A stretch of DNA of 16,279 nt from a candidate division WOR-3 bacterium (lineage in GTDB: Bacteria; Hydrothermota; Tepidihabitantia; Tepidihabitantales; JAOUPE01): positions 1-16,279 of the forward strand of contig JBDRUX010000056.1 of NCBI GenBank assembly GCA_039801565.1. Reading direction: 5' to 3'. The position numbers were made by a program, and so were the translations under genes. A model generated the notes under the pieces. The model was not told where the DNA came from. It was given only the letters and a program-made list of their open reading frames with translations, and did not search any database. Shown one piece after another: positions 16,057 to 16,279 of this stretch (position 1 is its first letter; each line of letters opens with the position of its first letter).

Positions 16057-16279
16057 GGGCAGCCCTCAGTGGACAATGGCACTAATCCTACCGCTTATGC
16101 TTGTCTTTCCTGGGATGAAACCAATGGTACTACCTGGGATACTTTAATTAGCCCAAGAATCAATCTGGCTGGCTGTTCTTCAGTTGTATTTAGGCAGTCG
16201 ACTTATTCTAACCTCCAACGGGGTGGCAATAAGATAATAGAAATTAGAGGTTCGATTGATAACGGCGCAAACTGGTCAT
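16057..16279 (+). pseudogene. Fragment of a surface/secreted protein gene (MAM/adhesin-like beta-sandwich), running off the window edge
   Basis: Frame reads GQPSVDNGTNPTAYACLSWDETNGTTWDTLISPRINLAGCSSVVFRQSTYSNLQRGGNKIIEIRGSIDNGANWS. The DTLISP.I.L and S.DNG.NW motifs are typical of such domains. No in-frame ATG or signal peptide back to the stop at 15961-15963. Confidence 0.5.

Overview
Low-GC chromosomal window from a diderm bacterium. The style of the T9SS-CTD repeat proteins suggests the FCB group, possibly candidate division WOR-3 (inference). Left to right: the 3' end of a probable IS1202/IS481-like element (1-172); a minus-strand SAM methyltransferase plus GT4 glycosyltransferase; a DASS/SLC13 transporter plus a Zn-ribbon protein; a secreted repeat protein with a T9SS type-A-like C-terminal domain; an unknown Tyr/Asp-rich outer-membrane beta-barrel; a ~640 bp non-coding region; an NtrC-family sigma54 activator with no DNA-binding HTH; tRNA-Ala(GGC) followed by a TPR lipoprotein, HNH nuclease, Omp85 protein and uppP; a convergent pair of a degenerate 5'-nucleotidase-like lipoprotein and an ICMT/PEMT-like membrane protein; and a fragment of a surface-protein gene at the right edge. 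The most unusual part is 7923-8568. It holds a non-coding, strand-skewed tract with 4-nt periodicity capped by a GC-rich palindrome, a ~90-nt nested hairpin, and a correctly spaced sigma54 -24/-12 motif pointing into this region, divergent from the HTH-less activator. Together these suggest a candidate sigma54-controlled ncRNA or a new repeat element. Also notable: probable leaderless mRNAs for four genes and heptamer-periodic tracts inside coding sequence.
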